Counted from the first letter of the stretch, positions 20,151-32,659 are shown. The stretch is DNA of 64,000 nucleotides from Hyphomicrobiaceae bacterium (GCA_033764645.1 JANRIT010000081.1:4942-68941), one strand, 5' to 3'. Translations and numbers: made by a program. Notes: generated from the sequence alone by a model not told the origin.

Positions 20151-20184
20151 GAAAAAATGGGGTGCCCGACGGCTCGGGCACCCC
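20151..20184 (-). terminator. rho-independent terminator downstream of the nlpD-like gene
   Basis: Perfect 10-bp stem GGGGTGCCCG (20159-20168) / CGGGCACCCC (20175-20184). On the minus strand it is followed by ATTTTTTC. Confidence 0.65.
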
Positions 20185-20293
20185 AGTTCGTGAGTCCCTT
20201 GAACGTTCGCCGGCCCCGTAAAGACGTTCCGGCGACGGAACTCACCCCTCGTTATGTCTCAAGGGGTCGGAGTGAAGGCGCGGAGCCTTTCCG

Positions 20294-21715
20294 TCACAGG
20301 GCCTCCAGGTGCGGCAGGGGATCGACGGGATCGGAGCCCTGGCGCAGCTCGAAATGCACCTGCGGCTGGTCGACGTCGCCGGACTTGCCGGCCTTGGCGA
20401 TGACCTGACCGCGCTTGATGGTATCGCCGCGCTTGACCAGCACTTCGGAGGCGTGGGCGTAGGCCGTCACCCAGCCGTTGTCATGGCGGACAAGCACGAG
20501 ATTGCCGTAGCCCTGCAACTCAGAGCCCGCATAAGCGACGATGCCATCGGCAGCGGCGTGCACTTCTGAGCCCATGGGCACGGCGAGATTGATGCCGTCG
20601 TTGCGCGTTCCATCCTTCTTCGGTCCGAAGCCGGCGATGATGCGGCCGCGCGCCGGCCAGCGCAGTTTATCGGACTTGGCGGCGGCCTCGGCGACGGGCG
20701 AGGGCAGCGTGGGCTTGTCGGCTCGAACCTGAGTGACGGCCGGCTCCTTGGGAGCGATCGTGGCGGGGGCCTCGGCGGTCGCGACGGGAGCCGATGGCGG
20801 GACGATGTCGATCGTGCGGACGCCGCGCGCAGGCTCGTCGGCTGCGGCAACCACGGTCGTCGCAGCCGGCGCGGTGGCCGCCACGGCGCCACCCGCAGGC
20901 GCGCCACCCGACGGGGTGCCACCCGACGGGGTGCCGCCGCCCGGCACGCGCAGCACCTGACCGAGACGCAGCCGCGTCGGCTCCTTGATGCCGTTGTAGC
21001 GTTGCAGATCGGCGCTGCGGGTGCCATAGCGGCGGGCGAGCTTGTAGAGGCTGTCGCCGGCAGCAATCGTGTGCGTGCCGGTCCAGTCGTCGGGGGCCTC
21101 GGCGGTCGTCGCCTCCTGCTCGGCGGGGTAGGGCGTATGGTCCGGCGGCGGGCGCACGGCGCTGCCGGCCGGCAACTGGAGCTTCTGGCCCGGGCGCAGG
21201 TCGGGCTTGTCCAGGCCGTTCACCGCCATCAGCTCGGCGAGCGCCACGCCATGCCGGCGCGACAGACCGTAGAGCGTGTCGCCCGGCGCGACGGTGATCG
21301 TTTCGCCGGATGCGGCAACGACCGGTGTTGCGTCGCTCACAGCTTGACGCGGGGACGGGGGCACGGGCGTATCGAGGGCCGCATGCCGCTCGACGGGAAG
21401 CTCCTCCCGCTCGACTGACCCGACTGCAGCCGGCGCCCGGCCAGCGCGTTGTGCGCCGGCGACCGGGCTGGCATCGCCCAGCGCGCTGCCGACACCGACG
21501 GCAGGCGTTACCGATCCTGTCCGGGTGGTCGTGTCGCCACCGAGCTCGAAGCCTTCGAAGCGCTTGATATCGGCGCTGCAGGCGCCCGCGAGCAGGGCGG
21601 CGGCAAATCCCGCCAGCAGCGGTCGTACCAGCACCGTGGTGAAAAGACCCGTTGGCGGCAGGGCTGCGCGCGGGGCCATGTCGTCGGTCGTGGCAATTCG
21701 ATCCGTCGTCGTCAT
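20294..21715 (-). CDS. LysM-domain M23 peptidase lipoprotein (NlpD-like)
   Basis: ATG 21715 with GAGAGG upstream (the track start 21724 is GTG). Lipobox LLAGAC. Two LysM repeats (VAPGDTLYGLSRRHGV.., IAAGDSLYKLARRYGT..). C-terminal M23 domain (GINLAVPMGSEVHAAADGIVAYAG...GNLVLVRHDNGWVTAYAH). Confidence 0.85.
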   Translation of the reverse strand: MTTTDRIATTDDMAPRAALPPTGLFTTVLVRPLLAGFAAALLAGACSADIKRFEGFELGGDTTTRTGSVTPAVGVGSALGDASPVAGAQRAGRAPAAVGSVEREELPVERHAALDTPVPPSPRQAVSDATPVVAASGETITVAPGDTLYGLSRRHGVALAELMAVNGLDKPDLRPGQKLQLPAGSAVRPPPDHTPYPAEQEATTAEAPDDWTGTHTIAAGDSLYKLARRYGTRSADLQRYNGIKEPTRLRLGQVLRVPGGGTPSGGTPSGGAPAGGAVAATAPAATTVVAAADEPARGVRTIDIVPPSAPVATAEAPATIAPKEPAVTQVRADKPTLPSPVAEAAAKSDKLRWPARGRIIAGFGPKKDGTRNDGINLAVPMGSEVHAAADGIVAYAGSELQGYGNLVLVRHDNGWVTAYAHASEVLVKRGDTIKRGQVIAKAGKSGDVDQPQVHFELRQGSDPVDPLPHLEAL

Positions 21716-21758
21716 GATACGCACCTCTCAACCGAACGAATCGTTAACCCCTCGAAGG

Positions 21759-21774
21759 TTAACGCCCGATTAAC
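21759..21774. promoter_or_regulatory. candidate CtrA box (TTAA-N7-TTAAC) upstream of the nlpD-like gene
   Basis: TTAACGCCCGATTAAC at 21759-21774, about 45-60 nt upstream of the start at 21715. A third TTAA lies at 21744-21747. TTAA is rare in this high-GC DNA. Confidence 0.3.
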
Positions 21775-21974
21775 GAAACGTCGGCTTGGCCCGCGACGGC
21801 GCGCGTGGAGGTGCTTCTCGACAGCCTTTCGAACGGGCACACCCTCGGCCTGCGCAGAAAAGAGAGGCTAGATCGCGATTGTGCTGGGGCGTGGGCGCGG
21901 CGGCGGCAAACCGGTGACAGGAGCGAAGTTGCTCGCCCCGCCCGAGGCAGCTTGGCCGCTTGCCGCCGAAGTCC

Positions 21975-22751
21975 TCAGAGCGGGCGCCCGGTCGGCAGGA
22001 CGCGCGCCAGCGCGGCGAGCGTGGAGGAATGCGTCAGGTCGACGTGGAGCGGCGTCACCGAGATGTGCCCCTTGTAGATCGCCCACAGGTCGGTGCCTTC
22101 AGGCGGGTTCGATTTGCGGCGCTGAAAGCCGAACCAGTAGTAGGGGTGGCCCCACGTGTCGTGACGCTCGTCGATATGGAGGAGGTTCTGATCGCGCCGG
22201 CCCTGCGTCGTTGCCAGCACGCCGACGACCGCTTCGGGAGCGAGGTCGGGATAATTGACGTTGATGAGGACGTCGGGGGGCAGGCCCGCCTCGATCAGGC
22301 GGCGCACGAGGCCGGGGCCGTGCGTGAGCGGCGTCTCCCAGTGCACCTGGCCCTCCTCGTCAAAGCCGATGGCGAGGCTCATGGCGATGGAGCGGATGCC
22401 CAACAGCGTGCCCTCGATGGCGCCCGCGATGGTGCCCGAGTAGGTCACGTCTTCGGCGAGGTTCGAGCCGTTGTTGACGCCGGAGAGGACGAGGTCCGGC
22501 GGGTGGTCGATGAGGAGATGGCGCACGCCCATGATGACGCAGTCGGTCGGCGTACCGCGCACCGCAAAGCGGCGCTCGCTGACTTCGCGGCAGCGCAGCG
22601 GCTCGTGCAGGGTCAGCGAATGGGAGGCGCCAGACTGATTGGTCTCGGGCGCCACGGTCCAGACGTCGTCGGAAAGCTGACGGGCGATGTCCTCCAGGAC
22701 CTTGAGCCCCGGCGCGTTGATGCCGTCGTCGTTGGTGACCAGGATGCGCAT
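21975..22751 (-). CDS. surE: 5'/3'-nucleotidase SurE
   Basis: MRILVTNDDGINAPGL... plus GVNNGSNLAEDVTYSGT.AGA.EG. Full-length SurE similarity. Confidence 0.95.
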   Translation of the reverse strand: MRILVTNDDGINAPGLKVLEDIARQLSDDVWTVAPETNQSGASHSLTLHEPLRCREVSERRFAVRGTPTDCVIMGVRHLLIDHPPDLVLSGVNNGSNLAEDVTYSGTIAGAIEGTLLGIRSIAMSLAIGFDEEGQVHWETPLTHGPGLVRRLIEAGLPPDVLINVNYPDLAPEAVVGVLATTQGRRDQNLLHIDERHDTWGHPYYWFGFQRRKSNPPEGTDLWAIYKGHISVTPLHVDLTHSSTLAALARVLPTGRPL

Positions 22752-22879
22752 GGGGGTGAGGTTTTGGGTTCCAGGTTTTAGGGGTCAGGTTGTTCGGTGC
22801 GGAGGCGGGCGTGGAGGGACATGAATATTTGCCTGTCGTTCCCCCTCTCCCCGCGCGCGGGGACCTGTCGCCCTCCCAC

Positions 22880-25268
<2,389 letters not shown>

Positions 25269-25272
<4 letters not shown>

Positions 25273-25799
25273 CCGTCGACACCCCTGTTCACCGGTGTGG
25301 TGGCTGCGCCCGCGGCGCCATTGACGTGATGGCCGGCAGCGGTACTACGAGCCGGATCGGGCTCGTTCGAGTTGGCCGCCTCGGCAGGTGGTGCGGCGGG
25401 TGCGGGCGGCGCGGCGGCCGGCAGACCATTCTCGTCGGTGAAGTCCGGCTCGCGCACGGCCGGGGCCACGACCGGGTCCGCGAGGGGCGCGGTGGTCGAC
25501 CGTGCCGTCTCGTCGAGTGAGCGGCCAGTCTCGCGCAGGTCGTTCTCTATGCCGGCGGTGGCGCTGCGCACGGTGCCGGTCACGTCGTCGCGCAGGCCGG
25601 CCATGTCCTTGCGGATCTGGTCGAGCTCGGTCTCGCGCATGGCCGCATCGAAATGGGCGCGGAACTCGGCGGCCTGCGTGCGCAGCATGGCGACGTACTT
25701 GCCGATGGTGCGCAGGAAGACGGGCAGCTCTTTCGGGCCCACCATCACCAGGGTGACGATGCCGAGGATGAGAAGCTCGCTCCAGCCGATATCGAACAT
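25269..25799 (-). CDS. tatB: twin-arginine translocase subunit TatB
   Basis: Internal ATG 25799. MFDIGWSELLILGIVTLVMVGPKELP signature. The stop overlaps the tatC start (ATGA). Confidence 0.9.
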
Positions 25800-26046
25800 G
25801 AGCGGGGTACGACCCTTTCGACACTGCGGGCCTGCGACCGCTTCGGGTTCTACATGCCGTGGAAGAGCCTCCTGAGGGAGGCCGTTGATTTGATTGAGGA
25901 ACCCAAGGCAAGGCGATCGCCTCGGCCCGCCCCGGCGCACGCCTGAGTGCAGCACACTATCGGGCGGGACTTACCGGAGCGTCAAACGTGGCCGTGCCCG
26001 GCTCTACGGCACGCCCGTCCGCCGCCCCCGGGGTGAAGGGCCGGTT

Positions 26047-26271
26047 TCAACCCGCCTTCGTGCGCTCGCTGTCGACCTTTGCGGCCGACGACGCGTTGTC
26101 GATCGCCTTGCCGTCCGACTTGGCCGTGTCGTCGTCGTCGGAGAGCCCCTTCTTGAAGCTCTTGATGCCCTTGGCGACGTCGCCCATGACGTTCGAAATG
26201 CGGCCGCTGCCGAACAGCAGCACGACGATCACCAGGAGGATGATCCAGTGCCAGATGCTTGTCGCACCCAT
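26047..26271 (-). CDS. tatA: twin-arginine translocase subunit TatA
   Basis: Internal ATG 26271 with GAGAGGAG upstream. [39 protein letters not shown] signature. Confidence 0.9.
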   Translation of the reverse strand: MGATSIWHWIILLVIVVLLFGSGRISNVMGDVAKGIKSFKKGLSDDDDTAKSDGKAIDNASSAAKVDSERTKAG

Positions 26272-26429
26272 AGCGTTCAAAACTCCTCTCGCCACGCAGC
26301 GCCCGTGGCGGGTGCCAGCGTGTTGCTTTTTGGTCGCGGGACTATCGCAGAAAGCCTGGTGTGCGGCAAGCCGAAGGACCTGCTCGAAAAACCGGGCCTT
26401 GCACTTGCCCTTGGGGCGGCGCGCACGAT

Positions 26430-27650
26430 TCAGCGGGTATCGTTACCCGGATCGGCGAAGACGAGGATGGCCGACGGCGCGATGACGACGCCGACCTCCT
26501 GGCCGCGCGCCCAGCCCTCGCGCTGGAGAACACGGGCACGCAACGGCCGATCGAAGCCCGCTACGCCGACCTCGACGAGCGCGGTATCGCCCAGGAAGCG
26601 CACGTGCAGCACCCGGCCGGCAAGGCCGACGCGCGGCGGGCCGATCTCGATCGCGCGCTCGCGGATGCAGACGATCGCCCGCTCCCCAGGGCTCAGACCG
26701 GGCGCCGGAGCGGGCCCGACCGGAGTATCGACGCGGCCGTCGACCACCACAGCCGGCCATTCGTTGATCTCGGAGAACAGCCGCGCCACGAACAATTCGG
26801 CGGGATCGTTGTAGAGGGCTGCCGCATCGCCGACCTGCACGACGCGGCCTCGTCGCATGACGGCGATGCGGTCGCCGAGGCGCATCGCCTCCTCGGGGTG
26901 GTGCGTGACGATCATGGTCGTGGCGCGCGTCTCACGCAGCAGCGCCAGCGTCTCGTCCTGCATGGCCTCGCGCAACTGCACGTCGAGCCCGGAGAACGGC
27001 TCGTCCATCAGCATGACGGCCGGGCGGGGCACGATGGCCCGGGCGAGCGCCACGCGCTGCTGCTGGCCACCCGACAGCGTACTGGGGAAGGCTTCCGCGT
27101 AGCCTTCGAGACCGACGCGGGCCAGGATGGTGCGGGCCTCGCGCAGGGCCTCCGGGCGGGGCAGCGCCTTCAGGCCGAAGGCGACGTTGTCGACGATCGA
27201 CAGGTGCGGAAACAGCGCGAAGTCCTGGAACATGAGCCCGATCGAGCGCTTCTCGGGCGGGACGAAGCGCTCCGGGCCGGCGACCTCGCGCTCGTTGATG
27301 AGGACGCGGCCGGCCGACGGCTTCTCGATGCCCGAGGCGATGCGCAGCAACGTCGTCTTACCGCACCCTGAGGGACCAAGCAGGCAGACGACCTCGCCGG
27401 GAGCAATGTCGAGATCGACGCCGGCCAGAGCGTGGCGGTCGCCATAGCGGCGTTCGACGGCCTCGAACGTCAGGCGCGCCGCGAAGGCCGCGGCGGCCCG
27501 GCGCGGGCTGCCGGCATCCGGTCCGACGGCCCCGCCGCCGCCGTGCCGAGCCGGCGATGGCCCCCTGCCCGAGGGGCCCGTCCCGCTGATCCACTGCCAG
27601 AGATCCGACACACCCTGCCCCGAACTGCCCGGAGCGACCTTGCCGCTCAA
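26430..27650 (-). CDS. ABC transporter ATP-binding protein (FbpC/PotA-like, with C-terminal TOBE-like region)
   Basis: Walker [10 protein letters not shown], signature [14 protein letters not shown], Walker [12 protein letters not shown]. The track start 27650 is TTG and the true start is uncertain. No permease or binding-protein gene is adjacent. Confidence 0.8.
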   Translation of the reverse strand: MSGKVAPGSSGQGVSDLWQWISGTGPSGRGPSPARHGGGGAVGPDAGSPRRAAAAFAARLTFEAVERRYGDRHALAGVDLDIAPGEVVCLLGPSGCGKTTLLRIASGIEKPSAGRVLINEREVAGPERFVPPEKRSIGLMFQDFALFPHLSIVDNVAFGLKALPRPEALREARTILARVGLEGYAEAFPSTLSGGQQQRVALARAIVPRPAVMLMDEPFSGLDVQLREAMQDETLALLRETRATTMIVTHHPEEAMRLGDRIAVMRRGRVVQVGDAAALYNDPAELFVARLFSEINEWPAVVVDGRVDTPVGPAPAPGLSPGERAIVCIRERAIEIGPPRVGLAGRVLHVRFLGDTALVEVGVAGFDRPLRARVLQREGWARGQEVGVVIAPSAILVFADPGNDTR

Positions 27651-28681
27651 CGGGCCCCCGGCTTATCGGCCCCGGCCGGGGGAGGCAAGTCCGGGCCGGG
27701 CGTGCCGCTGCCACCGCTGCGCTCGTCCTCAGCGACCTCCTCGTCCTCGCTGTCGCCGTCGAAAGCGAGATCGGCCTGGTCCGGGCCGCCCGCCTCGTCG
27801 CCGTCGAGCGGCATCTCGTCAGGCAGGAGTGCAGCGACGTCACGCGGCTCGGGCATGTCGAAGCCGGCGGGGATCGCGGCATCGAGCAGGCCTGCGGCTC
27901 TCAGATCGGCGAGCCCAGGCAGGTCGCGCACGCTGTCGAGCGCGAAGGCCTCGAGGAACGTGTCGGTCGTCCCGTAGGTGACGGGGCGGCCCGGCGTGCG
28001 GCGGCGACCGCGCGGGCGCACCCAACCTGTCTCGATGAGCGTGTCGAGCGTGCCGGCCGACGTCGAAACACCACGGATCTCCTCGATCTCGGCGCGTGTC
28101 ACCGGCTGGTGGTAGGCGATGATGGCGAGCGTCTCGAGGGCGGCCTTCGACAGACGCCGCTCCTGGCTGCGGAAGCGGTCGAGCAGGTGGCCGAGGTCGG
28201 GCGCGGTGCGGAAGGCCCATTTGCCGGCGACCCGGGTCAGCACGACGCCGCGCTCGGCGTAATGCGCGGCAAGCTCGCCGAGGAGGGACGACAGGTCCGT
28301 GCCGGCGGGAAAACGCTCGGCAAGCTGGCTTTCCGACAGCGGAGTTGCCGCCGCGAAAAGCATGGCCTCGATGGTACGCAGCTTGTGGCGCCGGTCGGTC
28401 TCGGCGAGGCGGCTCACAGGGTCCGGCGTGGCGCCAGCATCTCCGGTCTCACTGCTGGCGCCGCGCCGCCCGCTGCCCGAGGCTGAGGAAAAGCACATTG
28501 GCCGCGCTGCCGGCGGCGCCGATCCCGCCGCCGCGGCCCCCGCCGCAGCAGGCACGGCATCGCCGGCAATGCCATCGTTACCGCCGACGGCATCGGCGGC
28601 CACTGCACGCCCGCCCGACGCCACGAGCTTGAGGCGCCGTGCTTCCGCGCCGCCCGGTCGTTCGCCCTGTGCGCCGCTCAT
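27647..28681 (-). CDS. scpB: segregation and condensation protein B (ScpB)
   Basis: ATG 28681 overlapping the scpA stop (ATGA). IEAMLFAA..PLS, LETLAIIAYHQPVTRAEIE.IRGV and GRPVTYGTT motifs. Long acidic C-terminal tail. Confidence 0.85.
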   Translation of the reverse strand: MSGAQGERPGGAEARRLKLVASGGRAVAADAVGGNDGIAGDAVPAAAGAAAAGSAPPAARPMCFSSASGSGRRGASSETGDAGATPDPVSRLAETDRRHKLRTIEAMLFAAATPLSESQLAERFPAGTDLSSLLGELAAHYAERGVVLTRVAGKWAFRTAPDLGHLLDRFRSQERRLSKAALETLAIIAYHQPVTRAEIEEIRGVSTSAGTLDTLIETGWVRPRGRRRTPGRPVTYGTTDTFLEAFALDSVRDLPGLADLRAAGLLDAAIPAGFDMPEPRDVAALLPDEMPLDGDEAGGPDQADLAFDGDSEDEEVAEDERSGGSGTPGPDLPPPAGADKPGAR

Positions 28682-29553
28682 GACGCCTCCCTGCCCGCGC
28701 CGATCCGCTGCCATTCGGCGGCATCGCGGCGGCGCATGTAGATCGGCGCGAACGGCGCCTCCTGGCGCAATTCGACGAGGCCCTCGCGCGCCATCTCGAG
28801 GCTTGCGCCGAACGCGCTCGCCTTGGCCGTGCGCTCGTCCTCGGGCGCGGGCGCCACATCGGCGAGGAACAGGTCGAGCTGGCGCCAGTCGAGCGGGGCG
28901 CGGCCGATGAGGCGCTCGAGGCGGACGCGGGCATCCTTTATCGACCAGACCCGGCGCGCCCTGACGGTATGGACCACCTTGGTCGTGGCGCGGCGCCGGT
29001 CTGCGTAAGCGCGCATCAGGTCGAGGATATCGGCGCGCCAGGTCGTCTCGGTATGCGTGCGGGTCTGCTCGAGGAGACCGCGCGGAAACTGATCGATGCC
29101 GAGCCGAGGGCGCGCCATCAGGTGTGCGGCAGCAGTGCGCATGGCATCGAGGCGGGCGAGGCGGAAGGCGAGGCGGCGGGCAAGCTCCTCGGCGGGTGCC
29201 TGGTCCTCGGCCGTGTCCTCGCGCGGGAGGAGCAGCCGCGACTTCAGGTAGGTAAGCCAGGCGGCCATCACGAGATAGTCGCCCGCCACCTCCAGGCGCA
29301 TCCTGCGGGCCTCGGCGATGAAGGCGAGGTACTGGTCGGCGAGCGCCACCACCGACAGCCGGGCGAGATCGACCTTCTGCGTGCGGGCGAGCGCCAGCAG
29401 CAGGTCGAGCGGCCCCTCGAAGCCCTCGACATCGACCGTGAACACGGGGCCGTCCGGGCCGTCATCGTCCGCCGCCTGCGAGCCTTCGCCGCGGACCGGC
29501 TTGGTCTCCCAGGTCTCGTCGGGCGCGGTATCGGCGCCACCGGCGGGGATCAT
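28678..29553 (-). CDS. scpA: segregation and condensation protein A (ScpA)
   Basis: Internal ATG 29553 with GGAGG upstream. FEGPLDLLLALARTQKVDL..LSV..LADQYL signature. Confidence 0.85.
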   Translation of the reverse strand: MIPAGGADTAPDETWETKPVRGEGSQAADDDGPDGPVFTVDVEGFEGPLDLLLALARTQKVDLARLSVVALADQYLAFIAEARRMRLEVAGDYLVMAAWLTYLKSRLLLPREDTAEDQAPAEELARRLAFRLARLDAMRTAAAHLMARPRLGIDQFPRGLLEQTRTHTETTWRADILDLMRAYADRRRATTKVVHTVRARRVWSIKDARVRLERLIGRAPLDWRQLDLFLADVAPAPEDERTAKASAFGASLEMAREGLVELRQEAPFAPIYMRRRDAAEWQRIGAGREAS

Positions 29554-29625
29554 CCTCGTCGCCTCCGATCGGGCACGGCAGCGGCCGCAGCCACACTGCA
29601 CGTCACTTGATTCACGATGGGCAGC

Positions 29626-30657
29626 CTACACCGATTCAACACCGCGTCGCGCAGCCTCGAGGCAGACAGTGAGTGCTGCCTCGGCCGCCTCGGCATCGAG
29701 CGGCTCGCGGCGGCGGGTGACGGCCACGGCGGCGGCAAAGCGCTCGGCTGCCCGTCCGGTCAGTTCCGGTACGGATTCGGCGACGGCCGACATCTCGGCG
29801 AAATCGCCATTGCAGTGCAGGACGACGTCGCAGCCGGCAGCCAAGCTCGCCCGCGCCCGCTGGTCGAGCGGGCCGGCAAGGGCCCGCATGGACAGGTCGT
29901 CGCTCATCAGCAAGCCATCGAAGCCGATGCTGCCGCGGATCGTCTCGGCGACGACAGTGCGCGAGGTGGTCGCCGGCGCGGCGGGATCGATGGCGTCATA
30001 GACCACGTGGGCGGTCATGGCGGCGGGCAGGTCGGCGAGCGCGGCGAAGGGGGCGAAGTCGGTCGCGGCGAGCTCATCGGCGGAGGTAGAGACGCGTGGC
30101 AACTCGAGGTGGCTGTCGGCTCCAGCGCGGCCGTGGCCGGGCATGTGCTTGACGACCGGCACGACGCCGCCGGCCATCAGGCCCTCGGCCACCGCCCTGC
30201 CGAGTGCCACGATCGCCGCAACCTCGCCGGCAAACGCGCGGTCGCCGATGATGTCGTGGGCGCCGGGCACCGGGCGATCGAGCACCGGGGCGCAGTCGCA
30301 ATCGATGCCGAGGGCCCGGAGGTCGGCAGCGAGGAGCGCGAACACCTGACGGGCATGGCCAACGGCGGCGACCGGGTCGATGCGGTAGAGGTCGCCGTAG
30401 ACACGGGCGGGCGGCAAGGCGCGCCCGAGAGGCGGACGCAGGCGCTGCACCCGCCCGCCCTCCTGGTCGATCAGAACGAGTACGTCGTCGCTGCCGATCG
30501 CGCTGCGCGCCTCGCCGACGAGGCGGCGGATCTGCTCGTGGCTCACGCAGTTGCGCGCGAACAGGATGACGCCAGCCGGCGCGGTCTCCCGCAGGAAGCG
30601 TGCCTCGGAGCGGGCGAGATCGGGGCCGGCAAGGCCGACGATCATGGCGGAACGCAT
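29626..30657 (-). CDS. nagZ: beta-N-acetylhexosaminidase (GH3, NagZ)
   Basis: Internal ATG 30657. ILFARN, IDQEGGRVQRL, KHMPGHGRA..DSH and LMSDDLSM motifs. Confidence 0.85.
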   Translation of the reverse strand: MRSAMIVGLAGPDLARSEARFLRETAPAGVILFARNCVSHEQIRRLVGEARSAIGSDDVLVLIDQEGGRVQRLRPPLGRALPPARVYGDLYRIDPVAAVGHARQVFALLAADLRALGIDCDCAPVLDRPVPGAHDIIGDRAFAGEVAAIVALGRAVAEGLMAGGVVPVVKHMPGHGRAGADSHLELPRVSTSADELAATDFAPFAALADLPAAMTAHVVYDAIDPAAPATTSRTVVAETIRGSIGFDGLLMSDDLSMRALAGPLDQRARASLAAGCDVVLHCNGDFAEMSAVAESVPELTGRAAERFAAAVAVTRRREPLDAEAAEAALTVCLEAARRGVESV

Positions 30658-30710
30658 GGGGGGCTCGGAACGCTCTAGGTCAGGGAAGGTCAGCGGAGCG
30701 CGGTGCCGGC

Positions 30711-32609
30711 TCAGTACGGCGTGATCCAACAGCTCGGATAGCCGGCACCCTTGAGGGCCGTGCACAGCTCATTGGCGCTCGTCTTGGAGGCCGGCGGGCC
30801 GACCAGCAAGCGGTGGTACTTGCCCTTGGCGCCCAGGTCGGCCTCGCGCACGTCGGGTGTGCGGCCGCCGAGCACCGAGCCATAGCGCTGCTGCAGGTCG
30901 GCGTACTGCTTGAGGGCGTCCATGCGGCTCGTCGCGGAGACCGGTACGGATCCGAGTACGACGACGAATCCGAGGCTGCCCGTCGCCGCGGGCGGGCTCG
31001 ACGCCGGATCGGGATCGGAAGCCGCGACGGGAGCGCGCGGCGGGGCCGGCTCTGGGGTGACGGTCGCCTGCCGGACGGGCGGCTTGCGCGCGGGCGGCGG
31101 CTCGGCAGACGTCGGTTCAGTCTCGACTGCCGTGCGGGTCAGCACGACGGGCGCGCGCTGGCCGGAGGCAGGGCCCGAGGGGCGAGCGTCAGCCGTCGCG
31201 TCGGTCTCCGGCGGCGGTGCCGAGGGCGGCGTCACGACGATGGGACCACGGCCCGCCTGCGGTCCGCCAGCCTGCGGTCCGGGACCGGCATCCTGCGCCC
31301 GGCGGCCGGCAAAGCCATCGACGATGGTCAGGCCGGGCACCGTGACGACGGGATTGACCGGCTGCGGCGTGCGCGGCTCACGGGCTTCCGGCGCCTCGAG
31401 GACGTTACCGTCGCGCCCGATGGGCAGCGTCGAGACCCGGCGCGTGCCGTCGTCGGCAGCCTGCCGGTCGCCGAGCCGGCCGAGCACCTTGCTGTCGGTG
31501 TTGGCGAACTGCCGCCCGCCCGGGTCTTCCGGCCGGACGCGCGACGGCGTGCCGTCGCCGCGCACGACGGGCGTGCCCGAGCCGGGGCGGCCGCTGTCGC
31601 CGATGAGGATCTGATAGCCGTAATGGAGGCTGGCGCCGGCCGCGATAGTGACGACGAGGACGCCGGCGGCGAGCGGCATGAGCCATTTGCGCGGCGGGCG
31701 GCGCTCGGGCTCGTCGTCCTCGTAGGCGCCCTGGGCCACGACCGGCTGGCCGGCTGCACCGTAACCGGCGGGCTGGGCGTAGGGTTGGCCGGCGGCCAGC
31801 GGATAGCCCTGGGCGTCATAGCCGGGCTCGGCGTAGGCGCCAGCGCCGGGTGGTCCCGCCTGGGCGAATGACTGACCATAAGCGTCTGTTGCGCGCAGCG
31901 TATCGTAGCCGCCGGCACCCGGCTGGGCGTGCGGATCGCGCCAGTCGTCGTAGAGTGTACCCCGCAGCGCCGGATCGCCGGTGTGCGCGCCACGACCGCC
32001 GGTAACGCCGCGGCCCGCCGTGACGGGATCGAGCGTGTCGTAGGGGTTGGCGTACGCATTGGCGTAGGGCGAGCCGGCGCGCTGGGCGAGGGAAGGATCG
32101 TCCCACGCCTGCGCGGCGAGGTCGGACCACTGAGCGGGCTGCGCAGGGGCAGGTTCCGCATAGCGCGGCGGCTCGGCGTAGGGGTAGACCTCGCGGCCGT
32201 AGGCATCGCGCGCCGGCCCGCCGACCAGCGGCTGGGGCTCGGGAGCGGCCGGCCATCCCGGCTGGCCGGCATAGGGATCGCCGTAGTGGCCGGCGCCCTG
32301 TTGTCCGCCGCTGTGGTGGCCGCCCGCCTGCTGGGGCGTTCCGTATGGCCCGGGCGCCTGGGGAGCCGCGCCGAACTGGCCTCCGCCGTAGGGTCCGCCG
32401 CCATACTGGCCGGCCCCATACTGGTCATAGCCGGGCGCAGCGGGATGGGCAGGCACGCCGCCGGCATAGCCGGGCGCCTGCGGAGACTGCTGGAACTGGG
32501 CCGGATCGGGGTAGTAGGTCTGGCCCGTGCGCGGGTCAGTCCAGGGCAGGCGCGGGTCGTAGTCGGGCGACTGCGGCTGCGGTGGCCGCGAACCAGACGA
32601 TCGTGTCAT
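30711..32609 (-). CDS. SPOR domain-containing protein with long Pro/Gly/Tyr/Gln-rich cytoplasmic region
   Basis: ATG 32609. About 330 aa of low complexity, one TM segment (WLMPLAAGVLVVTIAAGASL), a Pro-rich periplasmic linker and a C-terminal SPOR fold (GFVVVLGSVP...YHRLLVGP...A..LC..LK..G). Confidence 0.75.
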   Translation of the reverse strand: MTRSSGSRPPQPQSPDYDPRLPWTDPRTGQTYYPDPAQFQQSPQAPGYAGGVPAHPAAPGYDQYGAGQYGGGPYGGGQFGAAPQAPGPYGTPQQAGGHHSGGQQGAGHYGDPYAGQPGWPAAPEPQPLVGGPARDAYGREVYPYAEPPRYAEPAPAQPAQWSDLAAQAWDDPSLAQRAGSPYANAYANPYDTLDPVTAGRGVTGGRGAHTGDPALRGTLYDDWRDPHAQPGAGGYDTLRATDAYGQSFAQAGPPGAGAYAEPGYDAQGYPLAAGQPYAQPAGYGAAGQPVVAQGAYEDDEPERRPPRKWLMPLAAGVLVVTIAAGASLHYGYQILIGDSGRPGSGTPVVRGDGTPSRVRPEDPGGRQFANTDSKVLGRLGDRQAADDGTRRVSTLPIGRDGNVLEAPEAREPRTPQPVNPVVTVPGLTIVDGFAGRRAQDAGPGPQAGGPQAGRGPIVVTPPSAPPPETDATADARPSGPASGQRAPVVLTRTAVETEPTSAEPPPARKPPVRQATVTPEPAPPRAPVAASDPDPASSPPAATGSLGFVVVLGSVPVSATSRMDALKQYADLQQRYGSVLGGRTPDVREADLGAKGKYHRLLVGPPASKTSANELCTALKGAGYPSCWITPY

Positions 32610-32659
32610 CTCCGAAACTTCCCCGTTGCACCGACGAAGACCCGCTACGAATCAACAGT

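Noticed and set aside
22752-22879. Repetitive AGGTTTT(G/A)GG motifs and the palindrome TCCCCGCGCGCGGGGA in the serS-surE spacer, considered as a terminator or small RNA.
   Set aside because: The palindrome lacks a U-tract on the relevant (minus) strand, and the repeats are short and degenerate. The evidence is insufficient for a call.
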